Notes under the pieces: model-generated
Seen by the model: only the letters and a program-made list of their open reading frames with translations
Told to the model about the DNA's origin: nothing
Databases searched by the model: none
DNA from: an uncultured virus (IMG/VR IMGVR_UViG_2061766007_000276)
Taxonomy: Duplodnaviria; Heunggongvirae; Uroviricota; Caudoviricetes
Strand: one strand, 5' to 3'
Length of the DNA stretch: 64,000 nucleotides
Virus record (IMG/VR): IMGVR_UViG_2061766007_000276
Translations under genes and position numbers: made by a program
In this document: positions 9,479-19,816 of the stretch, one piece after another
How the letters are laid out: each line of letters starts with the position of its first letter
Numbering within the stretch: the first letter of the stretch is position 1

Positions 9479-9799
9479 ATGGCCAAGTTCTACGGAAACA
9501 TCGGATTCGTCGAGACGGTCGAGACGTCCAAAGACGTGTGGGACACCGTCGAGACGCCGAGGCCGTATTGCGGAGATCTTGTCAGGAACCAGCGAAGATG
9601 GGAAAACGGCAGCGAGTCGGTCAACGAAAACCTGACCATATCGAACGAAGTCAGCATAATAGCGGACAAGTTCGCCATGGAGAACCTCAACGCCATGAAA
9701 TGGGTGGAGTTCGGAGGAGCCAAATGGCGCATCAACTCCGTCACCATAAACTATCCCCGCATAGTCTTGACGATAGGAGAGGTCTACAATGGAGGTTAA
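9479..9799 (+). CDS. Head closure / head-tail joining protein
   Basis: MAKFYGNIGF...ISIIADKFA...YPRIVLTIGEVYNG; SD GGAGG; position after capsid. Confidence 0.7.
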   Translation: MAKFYGNIGFVETVETSKDVWDTVETPRPYCGDLVRNQRRWENGSESVNENLTISNEVSIIADKFAMENLNAMKWVEFGGAKWRINSVTINYPRIVLTIGEVYNGG

Positions 9800-10133
9800 C
9801 CGTCTCGAGCTGAGCGGCATTCTGGGAGGCGTAATGGAGAGGTGCGGGGAAGACCCCCACCTGTATTTTCAACCTCCGGAAAGCGTAAAACTCGAGTACC
9901 CCTGCATCGTCTACAAGCTGAGGACGATGACAAACTCGTATGCCGATGACGCTCCATACATGACGAACATAGGGTACGACATAACCTACATAACGAGGTC
10001 TCCTTCCAGCAAAGTTCCGACGGAAATGGTCAAGGAGCCAATGATCGGTTTCGACCGTTACTACACGGCCAACAGCTTGCATCATTACGCATACACTTTC
10101 ACGAATACCTTGAAGGAGGTATCTAATGACTAA
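9789..10133 (+). CDS. Tail completion/terminator protein
   Basis: LYFQPPESVKLEYPCIVY motif; lies directly before the major tail gene. Confidence 0.75.
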   Translation: MEVNRLELSGILGGVMERCGEDPHLYFQPPESVKLEYPCIVYKLRTMTNSYADDAPYMTNIGYDITYITRSPSSKVPTEMVKEPMIGFDRYYTANSLHHYAYTFTNTLKEVSND

Positions 10134-11013
10134 ACTCAAGTGGGATCAGGATACCCAACGCACCTATGAAACTGGCTTGAAGAACGGCGTCCTGTTCACC
10201 AAGAAGGACGACGGCACCTACAACAAGGGTGTGGCGTGGAACGGCCTCACCTCGGTTTCCGAGTCGCCTTCCGGCGCTGACGAGACTGCCCTTTACGCCG
10301 ACGACCAGAAGTACCTGTCCCTCCGTTCCGCCGAGGAGTTCGGCGCCACCGTCGAGGCGTACACCTATCCGGACGAGTGGGCCGAATGCGACGGCTCCGC
10401 CTCCCTCGCTCCCGGCATCATGATCGGGCAGCAGACGCGTCGCGGTTTCGCTCTGTCGTACCGCACCACGCTCGGCAACGACGCCATGGGCAACGACTAC
10501 GGCTACAAGCTTCACATCATCTACAACGCCATGGCTTCCCCGTCCGAGAAGTCCTATGCTACGATCAACGACTCTCCCGAGGCGATCACGTTCTCGTGGA
10601 CGCTCACCACGACGCCGATCGAGTTCCGTTCCGATCTCAAGAAGTCGGCTACGCTCATCATCGATTCCACCAAGATGGCCGACTGGGATCCCGTCACCAA
10701 GACTTCGGCGACCCTCCAGGCAATCGAGGACAAGCTCTACGGTTCGAGCGAAGGCGACTCCGAGCTCCCGACTCCCGAATGGATCATCAACCTGATCGGA
10801 GGTGCCACGCCTACTCCCGAACCTACTCCTGAGCCAGAGCCAGAGCCGACTTACACGGAAGTTGATTCCACCCAGGCAGGTTACTCGACGATGAATCCCT
10901 CAGAGAAGGGCTGGTACGAGCGCAGCGGCGAAGAAGGCAGCTACGTCTACACGCTTAGCGAGGACACGGAAGTCAACAACGAAAAGACGTACTACGAATT
11001 GGATCAAGAGTAA
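10126..11013 (+). CDS. Major tail protein with Pro-rich linker and C-terminal NPxxxGWYE module
   Basis: GVAWNGLTSVSESPSG, YADDQKY, EAYTYPDE, GYKLHIIYN; PTPTPEPTPEPEPEP linker. Confidence 0.9.
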   Translation: MTKLKWDQDTQRTYETGLKNGVLFTKKDDGTYNKGVAWNGLTSVSESPSGADETALYADDQKYLSLRSAEEFGATVEAYTYPDEWAECDGSASLAPGIMIGQQTRRGFALSYRTTLGNDAMGNDYGYKLHIIYNAMASPSEKSYATINDSPEAITFSWTLTTTPIEFRSDLKKSATLIIDSTKMADWDPVTKTSATLQAIEDKLYGSSEGDSELPTPEWIINLIGGATPTPEPTPEPEPEPTYTEVDSTQAGYSTMNPSEKGWYERSGEEGSYVYTLSEDTEVNNEKTYYELDQE

Positions 11014-11032
11014 TATCTGGTCCGACAAGATC

Positions 11033-11070
11033 GACGGAGGACTTTCAAACCGGAGGTCCTCCGTCCTTCT
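11033..11070 (+). terminator. Terminator-like hairpin after the major tail gene
   Basis: GACGGAGGAC/GTCCTCCGTC stem with a weak pyrimidine tail. Confidence 0.55.
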
Positions 11071-11096
11071 GCATCAGCAATTAGAAAGGAGCGAAC

Positions 11097-11528
11097 ATGC
11101 TTGCAAAGCCCATCACCTACACCGATTACAACGGGGACACGCTAACGGAGACGTTCTACTTCAACCTTTCGAAGGCCGAGATCGCCGAGCTTCAACTGAC
11201 GCATCCCGGCGGTTATGCCGAGTACCTGCAGCGCATCATAGACGCGAGGGATCAGGCAGAGCTGGTGAAGGCGTTCAAGGACCTCATCATGATATCCTAC
11301 GGCGTCAAATCCGAAGACGGGAAGCATTTCCGCAAGTCGGATCAGATCTCCAAGGATTTTGAGCAGAGCGAGGCCTACAGCGAGCTCTTCATAGAGCTTC
11401 TCAGCGACGCCGACGCCGCCGCCAATTTCGTGAACGGCATAATGCCGATCATCGACCTTCCGGAGGAGCAGAAGGCCGAATTGGCAGCTCGTACCAAGAA
11501 TCTCATAGAAGAGAAGAAAACCGAGTAA
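11097..11528 (+). CDS. Tail assembly chaperone
   Basis: ITYTDYNG...FYFNLSKAE...YGVKSEDGKHF; position between tail tube and tape measure. Confidence 0.75.
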   Translation: MLAKPITYTDYNGDTLTETFYFNLSKAEIAELQLTHPGGYAEYLQRIIDARDQAELVKAFKDLIMISYGVKSEDGKHFRKSDQISKDFEQSEAYSELFIELLSDADAAANFVNGIMPIIDLPEEQKAELAARTKNLIEEKKTE

Positions 11529-11553
11529 CGGTGCGAAGAGGGGGGACAGGGGA

Positions 11554-12093
11554 ATGCTCGTACTAGAGATTTCGGGGACCGAATTCTACGACGAAGAAAA
11601 AGAAGAATTCGTTCAGATGAAACCCGTAGAGCTGAGATTGGAGCATTCCCTAGTCTCCATATCAAAATGGGAATCCAAATGGAAGGTCCCCTTTCTTTCC
11701 ACAAAGAGGATGTCCTTGGAGCAGACCAGGGACTACATAAAATGCATGACGATAAACCAGAACGTGGACCCGCTGGTCTACTCGACCATAAACGCCGAGC
11801 AAATGGCCAAGATAAACGAGTACATTTCCGACGAGAGAACGGCCACCACGTTTTCCAACAATGGAGGACCACCTAACAGGCAGGTGGTAACTTCAGAGCT
11901 TATATATTTTTGGATGGCCCAATACAACATACCGATGGAGTGCCAGAAATGGCATTTCAGCCGTTTGATGACCTTGATAAGGATCGCGAGCATAAAGAAC
12001 GCGCCGGAGAAGAAGATGACGAGGGACGCGATACTATCGCAAAACAAGAGCTTGAACGCGGCTAGACGAAAGGCCATGCGGTCCAAAGGGTAG
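11554..12093 (+). CDS. Second tail assembly protein
   Basis: LEHSLVSISKWESKW...TSELIYFWM...CQKWH; position. Confidence 0.7.
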   Translation: MLVLEISGTEFYDEEKEEFVQMKPVELRLEHSLVSISKWESKWKVPFLSTKRMSLEQTRDYIKCMTINQNVDPLVYSTINAEQMAKINEYISDERTATTFSNNGGPPNRQVVTSELIYFWMAQYNIPMECQKWHFSRLMTLIRIASIKNAPEKKMTRDAILSQNKSLNAARRKAMRSKG

Positions 12094-12100
12094 GTGCAAA

Positions 12101-12487
12101 ATGCCAGGGTTTTCTTTGAAATACAAGCAGCAAGGTCCAAAAACCGAGAAGTATCTTGAGAAGTTGCAGCGGAAAGATTATCTCAGGATACTTAACAGCT
12201 GTGCCGAGAAGGGAGTGCAGGCCCTGGCGAACGCGACTCCGAAGCGAACCGGAAAAACCGCGGCGTCGTGGTCGTACGAGATTTCCTCTGGAGGAGGAAT
12301 GACCACGATCTACTGGAAGAACGACAACGTCACGAGGGACGGAGATCCAATAGCCATAATGCTCCAGTACGGGCATGGGACTGGAACCGGTGGATATGTC
12401 GTCGGCAGAGATTACATAAACCCGGCCATACAGCCGGTGTTCGATAACATAGCGGACGAGGTGTGGAAGGTAGTCACAGAATTATGA
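12101..12487 (+). CDS. HK97 gp10-like neck/tail component
   Basis: ATPKRTGKTAASW...QYGHGTGTGGYV...YINPA. Confidence 0.75.
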   Translation: MPGFSLKYKQQGPKTEKYLEKLQRKDYLRILNSCAEKGVQALANATPKRTGKTAASWSYEISSGGGMTTIYWKNDNVTRDGDPIAIMLQYGHGTGTGGYVVGRDYINPAIQPVFDNIADEVWKVVTEL

Positions 12488-15400
12488 GTAATTCCGTTGA
12501 CCAACGAATAGTCGAGATGGTGTTCGACAACGCCCAGTTCGAACGCGGCGTGTCGTCCACGTTGGCATCGTTGAAGACTTTGGAAAGTGGGCTCCAGCTC
12601 CAAAACGGGGCCAAGGGCCTTCAAGAAGTCCAACGTGCCGCGGAAAGCATACGATTCGACAATGCGACTGCGCAGGCCACAGGTTTCGGCGGCGCTCTGG
12701 AATCCCTTAAGAACACCGCCAGCGGAGTCTTCTCGCACATAACGGACGCCATCGGGAACATGTCCACCGGCATCAAGGTCGCCACGGGTCTTCTCGGATC
12801 CGGCCTTGTCGGAATGATGGTATCCGGAGCTTGGAGCAGGGCGTCGAACATAAACGAGGCGACGTTCAAGCTTACCGGAATGTACGAGGCTATGGCCAAG
12901 GAAGGCGAGGATGCGTCTGCCAAGGTCCAATTGGCGATGCAGAATGCGACGGATGCCGTCGACGGCACCGCGTACTCGTTGGACTCCGCGGCCATGGCCG
13001 CAGCCAACTTGGCCGCTTCCGGTGTCGAAGCCGGCGATCAGCTGTACGGAACCCTCCGCTCGATAGCGGGCATCGCCGCCATGTCAGGCCGCGACTACGA
13101 CAGCGTGGCACAGATAGTCTCCACCATCGCCGGTCAAGGCAAGCTCATGACGATGCAATTGAGGCAGTTCGAGATGAGCGGCCTCAACGTCGCGGCCGTC
13201 ATGGCCCAGGCCATGGACAAGACCGAAGAAGAGATCCGCGATATGGTCACCGCCGGAGACATCAGCTTCGAGCTGTTCTCCGAGATAATGGAAGAGAAAT
13301 TCGCAGGTGCGGCCGGCAAGGCCAACGAGACGTTCAGCGGATCGCTTGCCAACATCCGGGCGGCTCTCAGCAGGACTTTGGCGGACTTCTTCCAGCTAGG
13401 CCAGCAGGGCATGGTCCCGATATTCAACGGCATCCGAATGGCCATCAACGGTGTCAATACCGCTCTTAGCCCGCTTCTTGGAAAGGAAGGCGTCCTCACG
13501 CTAGGGGCGAAGGATGCGCTCACCGCGATAGGCGAGACCATGAAGGCGTGGTTCGGCTACGAGGAAGTGTATAACGAAGCCACCAAGAAGATGGATAAGA
13601 AGTGGTTCCACCAAGAAGAGCTGGACCACATGAAGGCTACCGTCCAGGGGATCGCCGATGCCCTGAAGACACCGATGGACATAATGACGCAAGTCATGCC
13701 CAACATCGTCATGACCTTCATTCATTTCGGAGCGGCTTTAGGAGAGGTTCTCCGTCTTTTCGGCGAACTTGTCGGTCCGGTGTTCTCCGCGTTCAGGAAC
13801 GTCTTCTCTGATAACTTCTTCGGAGCAGTGTCCGGATGGATCGCCGGATTGGCCAAGCATATTTATGATCTTGTCTCGGCCCTTCACATAGGCCGTGCGT
13901 ACACGGTTCTCCTAGAAGGTGCGTTTACCGCCATATTCGGAGTGGTGAAGGCCGTTGCCGGCGTTCTTGGAACGGCGCTCACCGTTGCTGTTCGCGTGGT
14001 CTCCGATGCGTTCTTCGTTCTGGTGAAATCCATAGAGATCGTACTCGACGTCATAGGTGGAGTGATAGATCTTATCGGAATGGCCGTCGGGTTCTTCGCC
14101 GACTTGTTCGGCTGGGTTGTCCGGATGGGCGAAAGCGATTCCGGATTTGCCCTGATAGCCAACACGTTCCAGAACATCGCGACGGCGATAGGTATGATTA
14201 TAGACGTGATCTCCGGCAAGGAGGGCGCGTTCGAAACCCTGGTCGAGTTCATATCCGGGCTGAACCCGGAAGCCGGGGCCAAACTAGAAGCGTTCGGTTC
14301 CGCGTTGAGCTTCCTCGGGGAATGTTTCGCGAACTCGCACGAGTTGATACGAGCCGGAGTCGAGTCCATAGCAGACTCCGTCTACAAGATATTCGAGCCT
14401 GCTCTTCCGGACCTCAAGCTGGGATTGTCCAAGCTCGGAAAGGGCATCACGGACTTCATCAAAACGTTCAGTAGCGGTTTGTCGAGTCTGATACCGGAAA
14501 AGATAAGGGGTATCGGAGAAGGGATCGCCGGCTTCGTCGGGGCTGTAACAGGACTCGACGGGCAGGGTAATCTTATCGAGAGAATACAGGGTTTCTTCTC
14601 CGGTTTGAAGGAGAACCTGGGTTCCGGTGACTGGATGTCCCTGGCAGCGTCCAAGGTTCAAGAGTTCGCGAAAGGATTCAACGAATTCGCGGGGTCTTTC
14701 AAGGACCATGCCGTCGAGACGGCCCAGAACGTTTTATCCAGTATCCAGGGGACACTCGAACGGTTGAATCCAATTCTCGGTCCGATATCAGAGAGGTTCT
14801 CGAAATTCGGGGAAGCCGTGCAAACGGCGTTCGAGAGGTTCTTCGCCGTTCTTAGCTCCAACGGAATAGTCGACGCTATCAACGTGTTCGGGAACTGGCT
14901 CGACCGGGCGTTCAGAGGCTTGCTCGGCAATGTTCAGGATAGCCTGGGCAAAGATCTAGCCAACGTATTCAACAACTTGGGGCCGATGATAGCAGGGGCG
15001 CTTTCGAGCGCGTTCACCGCCGTGATGGATTTCGTGTCCTCGGTGCCTGAGAAGATAGCTTCCGCGTTCGCTGGCATTGGCGATGCGCTTCGCTCCATAG
15101 GTTTGGACCAGGTGGCTTCCGTCGTGGAAACGATCGGCAGCGGCCTGTCCTTCGTGGCGTCCGTTCTCAGCATCGTGTTCCAGGCAGTCGCAGGGATCGC
15201 CGGAGTGGTGTCCGTGGCGGCGCTGTCCGCTTTGGCAGCCGCGATCAGCGCGATATATTCGGCGCTAAGCTCCTTGGCGCCTTACGCGGAGTCCGTGAAG
15301 AACTCCGTCGTTGGCTTCTTCCAGTCCATAGCCGACGTGTTCTCTGCGGCAGGATTCACGGCCGAACCATTCGTCAATTTCGCCGAAAGGGTCAGAAACG

Positions 15401-18400
15401 CCATCACCTCCTTGGTCGAAGGCGTGGCTAGCGGCAAAGACTTGAAGTCCATGTTCAAGCTTTTCGGCGAGAAGATAAAGACGTCGTTCGACTCCCTAAT
15501 CCACAACATAGGTCCCAAGGTAAAGGGGCTTTTCGAAGGATTGTGGAAAGCCGTTTCCGAAAACCTCGGCTCGGTCGTAACGAACTTCATAACGATGGTC
15601 ACCGAAGCTTTGGCGAATTTGCCGAAGCTCATAGGAGATGCGCTCGGTTCGCTTGATTCGCTCGGCGTGTTCGACGGGCTGAAGTCGGCTGGCTTCGAGG
15701 GTCCTCTCAACGCGTTGATGGATTTCTTCAGCAACATAGCCCCGGAGACGATCCGAGGTGTTGGCGAGGCGATAGGGAAGTTCGGAGAGTTCATACAGCC
15801 TGTGATGGAGCATATCTCCGGTTTCAAGGACGGAGTGCTCGAGGCGTTCAGCGGTGCCGGCTTCAACGCGGAACCGGTGAAGAACTTCTTCTCGTCGATA
15901 GGCGGGGCTTTCACCGACCTGTTCTCCAGCATATCAGAAGGTACTATAGACGCCGATGGTATACGCCAGTTCGCAGGTAAGATACTCGACGCGTTCAAAG
16001 CCGCCTTCGAGGACATCGGGCCGAAGATCGGAAAGCTCTTCAGCGGAATCTGGACCGCCCTTGCCGAGAACATAGGCGGGCCTCTCGGCGATTTCATGAA
16101 GGGGCTTGGAGACAAGCTCTCCATAATCCCGCAGATCCTAGGTTCCATAGCCGGAGCTATCGATGTTTTCGGGATATTCGAAGGTTTGAAGAACCTCGAT
16201 TTGTCCGCTCCGTTGGAATCCATAAAGAATTTCTTCTCCTCGTTCGGAGACAGCGATATCGGAAAGGGGATACAGAATTTCCTCGGCCTTGGAAAGGACA
16301 AGGCCGGATTGTCCGGTACCAAGAGCTTCTTCGATACCGTGGGAGATATAGTAGGAGACAAGAGCAAGTACAAGAGAAGTCTCCGCGATGTTTGGAACAG
16401 CGTCATGGGCGGGAAAGATACCGCCAAGGAAATAGAGGAAAGCGGGGGCCTTATAAACTTCGCCCTCAGCAAGTTCCAAACGTTCATACAGGATCCTGTC
16501 GGATCTATAGTCAACGCGCTTTCCGAAGCGGTCAAGAGCATCGGCAAAGGCTGGTCCGACTTCAAGAAGAAGATCGACACCCCAAGCGTCAAGCAGATGG
16601 TGGACGACATCGTCGACATCGTCAAGAAGGCTGCCGGCCTTGCTTTGGCGTGGCAGGGAATAAAGGCCCTGAACGCCGTGGCCACGTTCTTCGCCACCTT
16701 CGAGCGCTTGATCGTTTCGATGAAAGGCATAGCAGTCAATGTCAATAAACTAGTCAAAACAGCAAGATACTGGCTAATGGCGAACATAGTCGTCGAGATA
16801 GCCGTCGCTATGGGGTTGATAGTCGGCGCCATTGCCGTGTTGACTCATCTCATAAAGAGCAACGATCCCGACACCATGAGATGGGCGTTGGGCACCGTAG
16901 CGGTTCTTTTGGTTGCTTTGGCTGCGATACCGGTGGTCATAGGAAAGGTGTTGAAGCCAGATGACGTCGCGGAGGTGATGACCGCCATCACTCTCATACA
17001 GGCCATCGGCTTGATCATAGCGGAACTGACCGCAGTGACGTTCATTCTAGGGAGCATGGACCAGAATGCTTTGGTTAGGGGAGCCGGGGCCATAGGAGCT
17101 CTTCTCGTAGTCATAGCCCTTGTCATGGCAGCAGCGGCAATGATCGATGGAAGCAAGCTCGGAAACTTGCAGGGGACCCTTATAGGGTTGGCTGTCACAT
17201 TAGGGGTTGTGGCTGCAGCCGTCTATGTCATCGGCGGGATGAACGTAGGGCAACTTCTCCAGGCCGGAATCGCCTTGGCCGCCATATGCGTGGGGCTGCG
17301 CATCTTGGCTAAGGAAATGATAAAGATCGGCCCAGAACTTGCCGGGTGCGTCAACGGCTTCATAACCATATCCTTGGCGATAGGCATCCTGTCCGTTTCC
17401 CTCGCCGTTCTCGGAGCCGCTTGCTCCGTTTTCGGACCCGGGATAGTAGGAGGGCTCGTATCCCTTGCCCTCATAATGGCGATGCTCGTGGTGTGCATCA
17501 AGGTTATGAGCGGCGTGAGACCTGATCGGATGATCGAGATATCGTCTACTTTGTTGACGTTCGCCGCCGCAGTTCTGATCATATCGGCCGCACTTGCCGG
17601 TCTGGCCGTGGTGGCCAGGCTTGTCGGCGATGTTGCTGCATTCATAGGCCCACTGGTTGCCTTGGCGGCAGTGATATTGTCCTTGGCGGTTGCCGTAAAG
17701 ATAATGAGCACCGCAGGTCCGATGGCCACTGCGAGTGCTGCGGCCCTCACGGCATTGGCTTTCGCCGTAGGCGTCATAGCCATCGCAATAGGTGCGTTGG
17801 CCTTGATTCCGTTCGAAAAGATAATCGGGCCGTTCGGGTTGATCATCTTGGTGATAGTAGCTCTCGCCGGAGCATTCATAGCGATCTCCGCGGCAGCCAC
17901 TGCGGGAACTGTAGGCTTGCTTCTCGTCATCGGGGTACTTCTAGCTTTCGGGGCGTCGGCTTTGATGTTCGGAACGGCTGTTAGCATGATTGTCGAATCC
18001 GTCTCGAAGCTGATAGAAACCGTCTCGACCGTCGGGCCGGAATTCGAAGCCGGACTGAAACGGTTCTGCACGGCGTTGTCGAACTCCAAGGAGGAGATGG
18101 CGCAAGGTGCGGAAGCTATCGGATACGCGGTGGTAAGGGGCCTCGGTTCCATGATCTCCCCGATCGGGGAGGCCATGTTCGGCCTTCTGGGCGAAATAGG
18201 CAGGCGCCTCGTGGAAGGTGCCGGTCCTGCGTTGGAGGCTGCCGGCAAGTTCGTCATAACGTTGATGAAAGGCCTTGCCGGTTTCATAAGGGACCATGGT
18301 GGCGAGATAAAAGACGCCCTCCTGGAAATAGGAGGGGCCATCATAGACGGCATAGGCGGGATATTCTCCGATGCGTTGACCGGTTTCGGCGATTGGCTAG

Positions 18401-19812
18401 CGGAAGTGACCGGAGTCGGAGTGCAGCACGAGGACGAAGCCAGGCAGGTAGGCGCGGACATAGGCCAAGCCGCCGTCGATGGTTACANNNNNNNNNNNNN
18501 NNNNNNNNNNNNNACCGACGACAAGCTGGCAGCCACCAAGGAAGCCCTGGCCAATTCCAAATTCGATCTCAAGGAGGCGACGGAGGAAGCTGGTTCCGGC
18601 ATATCCGAAGGCGCGGAGAACAGCGCCAAGGGTTTCGACTTCCTGGAGAAATTCGGTTTGGGCAGCGAGGCGCTCACTCTAGACTTCGACGCGTTAGGAG
18701 CCTTGCTACAGGAGAAGGGCTTCAGCCTCGAGCAGTTCCTGTCCGAGGGATTGTCGTCGGGAGCGTTACAGCTTCCCACCAACGTCGAGTTGTTCGACGC
18801 CAATGGGACGTTCGACTTCTCGGCTTTGGAGGGTATCAACCTCGAGGGTGGTCTCCAATCGATCCTGGCCTTCGGAGGAGGCGAGGAGCAGGGAGTCGCT
18901 TCACTCACGAACATAGACGCCTTGTTGGAGCAGGGCGGTCACATAGACCAGGCCGCGATATCCGAGCAATTCACGCAAGCAGGCGCTAACGCGGCGGAAT
19001 CTTTCGGGACTGCGTTCGAGGAAAGCCTCGTCATAGATGGAACCGGACCTGTTGAAGAAGCCGCCAGCAAGATGGAAATGGTATCTAAATTCAAGCATTC
19101 CGGAGACCTCAACGGTAGAGCTGCTGTGGACGGACTTTCCTCCGCCTTGAAACAGTATTCCAAGAAAGCAGCAGAGTTTGCAGAGAAGGCCGTAAACGAA
19201 ATCAAGAACAAGAAGTCCTCTGGCCATTCCGCAGCGTACAGTACCGGAAAGGCCATAGGAGACGGCTTGGTTTCCGGTTTGTCGTCATGCGAAGCCAGCG
19301 TCGTTGCCATATGCAATCGAATAATCGACAAGATAAACGAGATGCTCAGAAAGAAAGCGGAGGTTAAATCTCCTTCGAGGATGACCATGCGCATAGGCCG
19401 TTACATAGGCGAGGGTTTGGCCGTCGGTCTCGACCAGATGAGAAGCGAAGTCGGATATTCCGCTTCCGGTCTCGTGGATGCTATGGAGTCTGGATTCGCG
19501 TTCCAAGAATCGTATCTTGACGGCCTGCTTTCCGATATAGAGGAAAGACCTGTTATAAGGCCCGTGTTGGATCTGACCGACTACAACGCGACTCTTGCCA
19601 CCATGCGCGGATTCGACACGGCTCCGATGATGCTAAGGGCCCAGATGGCGACCGGTTTTGCTAGGTCGGATACGTCTGCTGGGCAGAGCTTGGCTGGAAC
19701 CACCAATAACGTCAGCATATACTTGAATTACGACGCATCCGCAGATGCCAACCAGATAGTCATGGACATAGCGCAGGGATTGGAAACCCGTTTGGCGATG
19801 GAAGGTGTGTAG
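12484..19812 (+). CDS. Tape measure protein (~2440 aa)
   Basis: Very long Ala/Gly-rich helical ORF with an N-terminal tape-measure domain, a long hydrophobic block and C-terminal KSPSRMT..IG..IGEGL. One N gap. Confidence 0.92.
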   Translation: MSNSVDQRIVEMVFDNAQFERGVSSTLASLKTLESGLQLQNGAKGLQEVQRAAESIRFDNATAQATGFGGALESLKNTASGVFSHITDAIGNMSTGIKVATGLLGSGLVGMMVSGAWSRASNINEATFKLTGMYEAMAKEGEDASAKVQLAMQNATDAVDGTAYSLDSAAMAAANLAASGVEAGDQLYGTLRSIAGIAAMSGRDYDSVAQIVSTIAGQGKLMTMQLRQFEMSGLNVAAVMAQAMDKTEEEIRDMVTAGDISFELFSEIMEEKFAGAAGKANETFSGSLANIRAALSRTLADFFQLGQQGMVPIFNGIRMAINGVNTALSPLLGKEGVLTLGAKDALTAIGETMKAWFGYEEVYNEATKKMDKKWFHQEELDHMKATVQGIADALKTPMDIMTQVMPNIVMTFIHFGAALGEVLRLFGELVGPVFSAFRNVFSDNFFGAVSGWIAGLAKHIYDLVSALHIGRAYTVLLEGAFTAIFGVVKAVAGVLGTALTVAVRVVSDAFFVLVKSIEIVLDVIGGVIDLIGMAVGFFADLFGWVVRMGESDSGFALIANTFQNIATAIGMIIDVISGKEGAFETLVEFISGLNPEAGAKLEAFGSALSFLGECFANSHELIRAGVESIADSVYKIFEPALPDLKLGLSKLGKGITDFIKTFSSGLSSLIPEKIRGIGEGIAGFVGAVTGLDGQGNLIERIQGFFSGLKENLGSGDWMSLAASKVQEFAKGFNEFAGSFKDHAVETAQNVLSSIQGTLERLNPILGPISERFSKFGEAVQTAFERFFAVLSSNGIVDAINVFGNWLDRAFRGLLGNVQDSLGKDLANVFNNLGPMIAGALSSAFTAVMDFVSSVPEKIASAFAGIGDALRSIGLDQVASVVETIGSGLSFVASVLSIVFQAVAGIAGVVSVAALSALAAAISAIYSALSSLAPYAESVKNSVVGFFQSIADVFSAAGFTAEPFVNFAERVRNAITSLVEGVASGKDLKSMFKLFGEKIKTSFDSLIHNIGPKVKGLFEGLWKAVSENLGSVVTNFITMVTEALANLPKLIGDALGSLDSLGVFDGLKSAGFEGPLNALMDFFSNIAPETIRGVGEAIGKFGEFIQPVMEHISGFKDGVLEAFSGAGFNAEPVKNFFSSIGGAFTDLFSSISEGTIDADGIRQFAGKILDAFKAAFEDIGPKIGKLFSGIWTALAENIGGPLGDFMKGLGDKLSIIPQILGSIAGAIDVFGIFEGLKNLDLSAPLESIKNFFSSFGDSDIGKGIQNFLGLGKDKAGLSGTKSFFDTVGDIVGDKSKYKRSLRDVWNSVMGGKDTAKEIEESGGLINFALSKFQTFIQDPVGSIVNALSEAVKSIGKGWSDFKKKIDTPSVKQMVDDIVDIVKKAAGLALAWQGIKALNAVATFFATFERLIVSMKGIAVNVNKLVKTARYWLMANIVVEIAVAMGLIVGAIAVLTHLIKSNDPDTMRWALGTVAVLLVALAAIPVVIGKVLKPDDVAEVMTAITLIQAIGLIIAELTAVTFILGSMDQNALVRGAGAIGALLVVIALVMAAAAMIDGSKLGNLQGTLIGLAVTLGVVAAAVYVIGGMNVGQLLQAGIALAAICVGLRILAKEMIKIGPELAGCVNGFITISLAIGILSVSLAVLGAACSVFGPGIVGGLVSLALIMAMLVVCIKVMSGVRPDRMIEISSTLLTFAAAVLIISAALAGLAVVARLVGDVAAFIGPLVALAAVILSLAVAVKIMSTAGPMATASAAALTALAFAVGVIAIAIGALALIPFEKIIGPFGLIILVIVALAGAFIAISAAATAGTVGLLLVIGVLLAFGASALMFGTAVSMIVESVSKLIETVSTVGPEFEAGLKRFCTALSNSKEEMAQGAEAIGYAVVRGLGSMISPIGEAMFGLLGEIGRRLVEGAGPALEAAGKFVITLMKGLAGFIRDHGGEIKDALLEIGGAIIDGIGGIFSDALTGFGDWLAEVTGVGVQHEDEARQVGADIGQAAVDGYXXXXXXXXXTDDKLAATKEALANSKFDLKEATEEAGSGISEGAENSAKGFDFLEKFGLGSEALTLDFDALGALLQEKGFSLEQFLSEGLSSGALQLPTNVELFDANGTFDFSALEGINLEGGLQSILAFGGGEEQGVASLTNIDALLEQGGHIDQAAISEQFTQAGANAAESFGTAFEESLVIDGTGPVEEAASKMEMVSKFKHSGDLNGRAAVDGLSSALKQYSKKAAEFAEKAVNEIKNKKSSGHSAAYSTGKAIGDGLVSGLSSCEASVVAICNRIIDKINEMLRKKAEVKSPSRMTMRIGRYIGEGLAVGLDQMRSEVGYSASGLVDAMESGFAFQESYLDGLLSDIEERPVIRPVLDLTDYNATLATMRGFDTAPMMLRAQMATGFARSDTSAGQSLAGTTNNVSIYLNYDASADANQIVMDIAQGLETRLAMEGV

Positions 19813-19816
19813 CTTT

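Noticed and set aside
11490..11560. Programmed frameshift between the tail assembly chaperone genes
   Set aside because: I found no clear slippery heptamer before the stop, and the second ORF has its own purine-rich SD and ATG.
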